From a virus: DNA of 64,000 nucleotides. The position numbers and the translations under genes are program-made. The stretch is from IMG/VR virus record IMGVR_UViG_3300021440_000015, positions 56,258-120,257 of that record; one strand, given 5' to 3'. This document shows positions 59,817-64,000 of the stretch, piece by piece; the stretch's first letter is position 1, and every line of letters starts with the position of its first letter. The notes under the pieces are model-generated. The model saw nothing but the letters and a program-made list of their open reading frames with translations, was not told the origin of the DNA and did no database searches.

Positions 59817-60428
59817 ATGTTTAAAATAATGCTGAAAACAACGTTCGATAAATTGCTTGCTGATTGGAAACAATACGGTATCGTGCATGAGCGAAGTGAT
59901 GCAGCGTCTCGTAAAGAAATCGTAGCTGCTACCCTGGCTAAGGATATGCTTTACATGCCTGTTTATCATCAGTCAGATGCATGGGAAGATCCACTGGTTG
60001 GTTTTGTGACTCATGTTCACACAGACCGTAAAGGCGCACCTTTGTATCATGTCTTTGACTGGATTACCGGTGAGACCAAAGTGACTTTCTCAGTCACTAA
60101 GTGGGTCAATATGGACTCATGGAAAAATCATACCAAATCAGGTATACTTCCCATCATGGACCTGACACCTTACCAACGTTACAACTTCTTGGTCTGTAAT
60201 GAGTACAAAAAGAAAGTTGTGGGTGATAACTGGGAAAATCCGGAGTTCACAAACTCTGAACAGCTTCACCATAAGCTTTCGACAAGTGGATTCTTTGATA
60301 TGGTTGAGAAAGTCTATACAGCAGAAAACCCCATGCTTCTGAAGAATATTCTTCTCTCTGCTATTTCAGAACATGAAGATGAATTCATCGCACGCAACTT
60401 TATTAAAGGACAAATCAATGAGCAATAA
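59817..60428 (+). CDS. hypothetical protein
   Basis: AGGAG RBS; 203 aa. Confidence 0.65.
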   Translation: MFKIMLKTTFDKLLADWKQYGIVHERSDAASRKEIVAATLAKDMLYMPVYHQSDAWEDPLVGFVTHVHTDRKGAPLYHVFDWITGETKVTFSVTKWVNMDSWKNHTKSGILPIMDLTPYQRYNFLVCNEYKKKVVGDNWENPEFTNSEQLHHKLSTSGFFDMVEKVYTAENPMLLKNILLSAISEHEDEFIARNFIKGQINEQ

Positions 60429-61077
60429 AATCGGGAAGTTGATCGCTATCGAAGGTATCGATGGCGTTGGTAAAGCCACTCAGGCTAAGCTACTGGCTGA
60501 AAACATGTCTAAGCTTGGCTTGAAAGTTTTCCTCTCTGGTTATCCTCAATACCAATCTGATACAGGTAAGTGCATCGCAGCTTATCTTAACGGAGAAGGT
60601 AAAGATCTGTCCAGAACAGAAATCTCAGATCTTTACACAGCTGATCGCGCAGCTCATAAAGATGTGATCGAACAAGCTCTGTTAGAAAATGATTATGTGA
60701 TATTAGACAGATACATCTTGTCTAACATTCTGTATCAACAAGCTTTAGCTGAGCACCCTGAAGACGCTATATACATGAAAAAGTATACTGAATATTCTGA
60801 GTATGTCCACTCAGCACTCAGACCAGCCGACATCACTTTTGTACTTACTCTGTCAGAAGAAGTAGCTGCTCAACGTGTGCTTCAAAAAGGTCAGCGTGAT
60901 TACACAGACAAGAAGCAAGATGTCCATGAGGCTAATAGCACTCTGATGTCTAAAGTGACTAAGCTGTGTAATGGACTTCCAGATAACTACTATAGTAAAA
61001 TCATCAAGATAGATTGCCACGGTTCTATCGACATGGTCCAAGCCAGCATCTTGATGAAGATCGAAGGTCATGATTGA
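60418..61077 (+). CDS. tmk: thymidylate kinase
   Basis: IAIEGIDGVGKATQ P-loop, LYTADR, ILDRYILS; AAGGA RBS before ATG 60418. Confidence 0.88.
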   Translation: MSNKIGKLIAIEGIDGVGKATQAKLLAENMSKLGLKVFLSGYPQYQSDTGKCIAAYLNGEGKDLSRTEISDLYTADRAAHKDVIEQALLENDYVILDRYILSNILYQQALAEHPEDAIYMKKYTEYSEYVHSALRPADITFVLTLSEEVAAQRVLQKGQRDYTDKKQDVHEANSTLMSKVTKLCNGLPDNYYSKIIKIDCHGSIDMVQASILMKIEGHD

Positions 61078-61618
61078 TCTGCTCAGTAACCGTACCTACA
61101 CAGGTATAGGCAACAGAGATACTCCTCAGTTCTATCTAGACGCTATGACTAAAGTAGCTGCCCTTCTGGAGCAGAAACAATATATCTTGCGTTCAGGTGG
61201 TGCTGATGGAGCAGACTCAGCGTTCTATCAAGGTGTTAGAAATAAACTGAATTGTGAAATCTATCTACCCTGGAAAGGTTTCAACGATTTAGATTATCAA
61301 TATCACATACCAAACGAAGCTTACAGAATCCTGGAGAACGTTTGTCCTTACATGGATAAATTGACCCCAGCTATTCTTAAGCTATATGGTAGAAATGTAC
61401 TTCAGATACTAGGGAATGATTTGAGCCATCCTAGTAAGTTTGTTATCTGTTATACCAGAGATGGTTATATAGGTAGAGGGACTACGAGTACAAGAACTGG
61501 TGGTACTAAGATCGCTATAGATTTGGCATGTTTGTATAATGTACCTGTGTTTAATCTCAAGATCACAGAACACTATAACCGCATAGCTAATTTCTTTAAT
61601 GGCGATAGCGTCAATTAA
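61070..61618 (+). CDS. SLOG-superfamily (DprA-like) protein
   Basis: YTGIGNRDTP, LRSGGADGADSAF, IYLPW.GFN, RN..QILG, TGGT..AI. Confidence 0.75.
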   Translation: MIDLLSNRTYTGIGNRDTPQFYLDAMTKVAALLEQKQYILRSGGADGADSAFYQGVRNKLNCEIYLPWKGFNDLDYQYHIPNEAYRILENVCPYMDKLTPAILKLYGRNVLQILGNDLSHPSKFVICYTRDGYIGRGTTSTRTGGTKIAIDLACLYNVPVFNLKITEHYNRIANFFNGDSVN

Positions 61619-61728
61619 AAATACCCTGTGTGACCAGGGTATTTTTTTATTCGTGTTTGTAATAGAATGCGGAGAGTAAGCCGGATTAGCTCAGGGACGG
61701 ATACTGTTTAAATCAGTGTAAGAACACC

Positions 61729-62241
61729 ATGACTAAAAACGCAAACACGATAATAAATCTTGAGGAACCTTTTTCATATCTTTGGAAAAGAGGATATCTG
61801 CAAACACACCCATCTGGCCGAAAATACGTATGTCTTTTTAACAACAATAGCTGTAGAACATTGATAAGCTATGCCCGTTATCTAATGTCTGTTAAATTAG
61901 GCTGTTTGATACACAAAGATTTGACTGTGGATCACATCAATAACGACAAAACAGATGATCGAGTAGAAAATCTTCAATTGCTGTCTTTGTCTGAAAATAT
62001 AAACAAGGAAGCTAAAAGATACATAGACGAAGTACAGATAAGACATAATTTAAAATGTCAAGTTTGCGATAGAAACTTCGTGATAACAGACAGACTTTAT
62101 AAAATGAAACGTAAACAAACAGATAAAACTTTTTGTAGTAATTCATGTTCAACAAAATTTCACAAAACAAAAAAAAGGATTGTCATAGGTTGTCTGTTCG
62201 ATTCACACCCGTGGCACCAATCCTTTTCCAGAATAATTTAG
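61729..62241 (+). CDS. free-standing HNH endonuclease with C-terminal Zn-finger
   Basis: YARYLM, VDHINNDKTDDRVENLQLLS..EN; CQVC...FCSNSC. Confidence 0.85.
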   Translation: MTKNANTIINLEEPFSYLWKRGYLQTHPSGRKYVCLFNNNSCRTLISYARYLMSVKLGCLIHKDLTVDHINNDKTDDRVENLQLLSLSENINKEAKRYIDEVQIRHNLKCQVCDRNFVITDRLYKMKRKQTDKTFCSNSCSTKFHKTKKRIVIGCLFDSHPWHQSFSRII

Positions 62242-62284
62242 TGATAAATGATTCTAACTGACTACATCGTGAGATATAGATATT

Positions 62285-62373
62285 ACCAGGATGCCCAAAT
62301 AGGTAAAGGGAACGGATTTAAAATCCGTCGACTGGAGACGGTCTTACGGGTTCGAGTCCCGTTCCTGGTACCA
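62285..62373 (+). tRNA. tRNA-Leu (UAA) with encoded CCA
   Basis: Acceptor accagga/tcctggt-A-CCA; anticodon arm acgga-tttaaaa-tccgt; long variable arm; T arm acggg-ttcgagt-cccgt. Confidence 0.92.
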
Positions 62374-62960
62374 TTTAACCTAAGTAAATCGGAATAGACT
62401 TTATCGTATCGATGGTAACTAACAAGTCGCTGCTTAGTAAATCTAGTGTTTAAACATTTCTTAATGTGCGTATATCATTGCGGATTGCGGAGTTAAGTTA
62501 ATAGATCGCTTGCGGGCGTAAGGCTAGGGTGCAGGTATTGACCATTGGTAACTTAGGTAAACGTACTATCGGGACGTTAGCGTGATAACAAAATACACGC
62601 ACGATGGAGCAGTATAAAGTGATCGGTATTTTCACTTAGTTGATAAAACAAGGAAGATATAAACTGTCGATCTAGGACACGGTTTCCCAGAGCTGTGTTT
62701 GATGCTTTTAAAATCCCCTGGGATCATGCATGCTGACCATTGTTCAGGCGCGATGTGGCTCTAGCTTCGAGGGTTAGTACCAAAGCAAGCAGGCGATTCA
62801 CACGTCTTTATTATAATAGGTTGTGGTTATCTACCTTTGTGATATGATAACAAGTTAGCACTCAGGTGTTTGCCTGTAGCAGATTAGATAGACAGAAGTC
62901 ATTTAGTCTGCTATGGGAAAATCCCTTTCTAAAAGAATGAGGTCACATAAACTTCATTTG
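62374..62960 (+). ncRNA. candidate large structured ncRNA 1
   Basis: ORF-free, multiple hairpins and long-range complementarity (acctaagt/acttaggt; atcgcttgc/gcaggcgat). Confidence 0.5.
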
Positions 62961-63030
62961 AGCCTTATCTATCTGATGAGTCCTAAGGCTTTAAACACAA
63001 GGACGAAACACATCACAAGTGTGTAATAGA
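62961..63030 (+). ncRNA. type I hammerhead ribozyme with pseudoknot
   Basis: Stem I tctat/ataga; core CTGATGA; stem II gtcc/ggac; GAAA; stem III acaca/tgtgt; cleavage triplet GTA (63023-63025); agcctta pairs with loop II taaggct. Confidence 0.9.
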
Positions 63031-63626
63031 AAGAGGTGCGCTCACGATATTAACCTGCCTTAACTTTTTGTTAGGAGTAGAAGGTGGTCTAACCAACCGC
63101 CAAATCGTACGCCCTATGGATAAAGCTTGTATCGACTACCCTTGGTCGGGAACTTTATGAGCTTTATCTTTGGGAAGTTGTAAACTTTGGGATTGATCAC
63201 CCCAGAGAGCAGCCTATAAGCTATCTTGAAATACAGATAGCTTTAGAGTGCTTAGGTATCAAAAATACAGCGAGATTCTCAATTGAGAACTCGGGTGTCT
63301 TCAGTGTTATGTTGATGAATTAAAACACTGTCGTATTAAGGCTCTGTGCTTATTATAGCACAATCATCTTAACCCTTACCTGAACTACTGGGTATGTGGC
63401 GATTGAGTTAAACAGATGTAGCTTATCCATTCACCAGGTTTTGTTAACCGGTAACACGAGTCGGTGTTATAAATATCTTGGATGTGGTGACTGACACATC
63501 CTTCTCTATCTTGTAATAAATAGAGAAACAAAGCCGTCTGGTATAGACGAGTGGTGAAACTGGAGCAGCGCTGTTCTGCGTAGAAAGTTTACACACTTAA
63601 CATGTTCGATTCATGTTGGCTTTGTT
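63026..63626 (+). ncRNA. candidate large structured ncRNA 2 ending in a tRNA-like fold
   Basis: ORF-free run of about ten hairpins; terminal aacaaagcc/ggctttgtt stem enclosing aacatg-ttcgatt-catgtt T-arm. Confidence 0.55.
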
Positions 63627-63759
63627 CTTAATTAGGGACAGTTTGTTGATGCAAGTGATCAGTCTACCCAGACTCGGTTGTCACAAGCAGATACAAATTG
63701 TCCCGCCTTTATTTTTTTACCCGAAATTATTTGGCTTTAACTATATCGATGGTGCTAAA

Positions 63760-63981
63760 ATGGATTTTATTATAACAACACATTTGGCTTTTGTAATTTT
63801 TGGTTTTGTCTTAACAGCTATCTGTGCTTATCTTTTTTATGATGAGAGAGGCGTAGACTTCAGTGCTACCACAGGTGGTGTTTTGATAGTGGTATCTTTA
63901 GCCCCTTTGTTGAATATATTTTCAGCTCTGGTGTTATCGATGGTGGTTTTCAGAGAGATAAAAAAGAGGTTTAATAAATGA
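63760..63981 (+). CDS. small two-helix membrane protein
   Basis: MDFIITTHLAFVIFGFVLTAICAYLF...LLNIFSALVLSMVVF; upstream extension overlaps the structured RNA. Confidence 0.6.
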   Translation: MDFIITTHLAFVIFGFVLTAICAYLFYDERGVDFSATTGGVLIVVSLAPLLNIFSALVLSMVVFREIKKRFNK

Positions 63982-64000
63982 TGATTGGTAACGAAATAGT

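Noticed and set aside
62374-63626. Group II intron, RNase P RNA or tmRNA as the identity of the non-coding tract
   Set aside because: GTGCG occurs twice but I find no convincing domain V, no GAGGAAAGTCC RNase P motif and no tmRNA termini; a covariance search is still needed.
63613-63759. N-terminal extension of the last ORF
   Set aside because: Its start lies inside the tRNA-like T arm without an RBS; ATG 63760 gives a more plausible membrane protein.
1-64000. Genome-wide TAG stop-codon reassignment
   Set aside because: Only one in-frame TAG splits a recognisable gene; long core genes are intact under the standard code.

Overview
AT-rich segment of a phiKZ-related jumbo phage genome, probably nucleus-forming (Chimalliviridae-like), although no chimallin gene is recognisable in this window. 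It carries virion RNA polymerase subunits, a giant tail-associated lysin/tape-measure-like protein, prohead protease, tail sheath and tube, terminase large subunit, PhuZ tubulin, dCTP deaminase, thymidylate kinase, tail-fibre-like genes and a tRNA-Leu. Main observations: (1) the catalytic DFDGD motif of the RNAP beta' gene is split by two tandem group I introns around a 6-nt micro-exon (TTCGAT = FD), and a third related intron with an HNH endonuclease interrupts the neighbouring beta gene; (2) a ~1.3-kb ORF-free, hairpin-dense tract after tRNA-Leu contains a pseudoknotted hammerhead ribozyme and ends in a tRNA-like fold, suggesting a self-processing large-ncRNA cassette; (3) the giant tail lysin has an internal S74-like autocleavage domain; (4) the dCTP deaminase has an HNH-containing intein; (5) a fixed-spacing TGTA-N26-TTGA promoter-like motif recurs at least seven times. 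phiKZ gene correspondences come from recalled motifs, sizes and synteny, not database searches.
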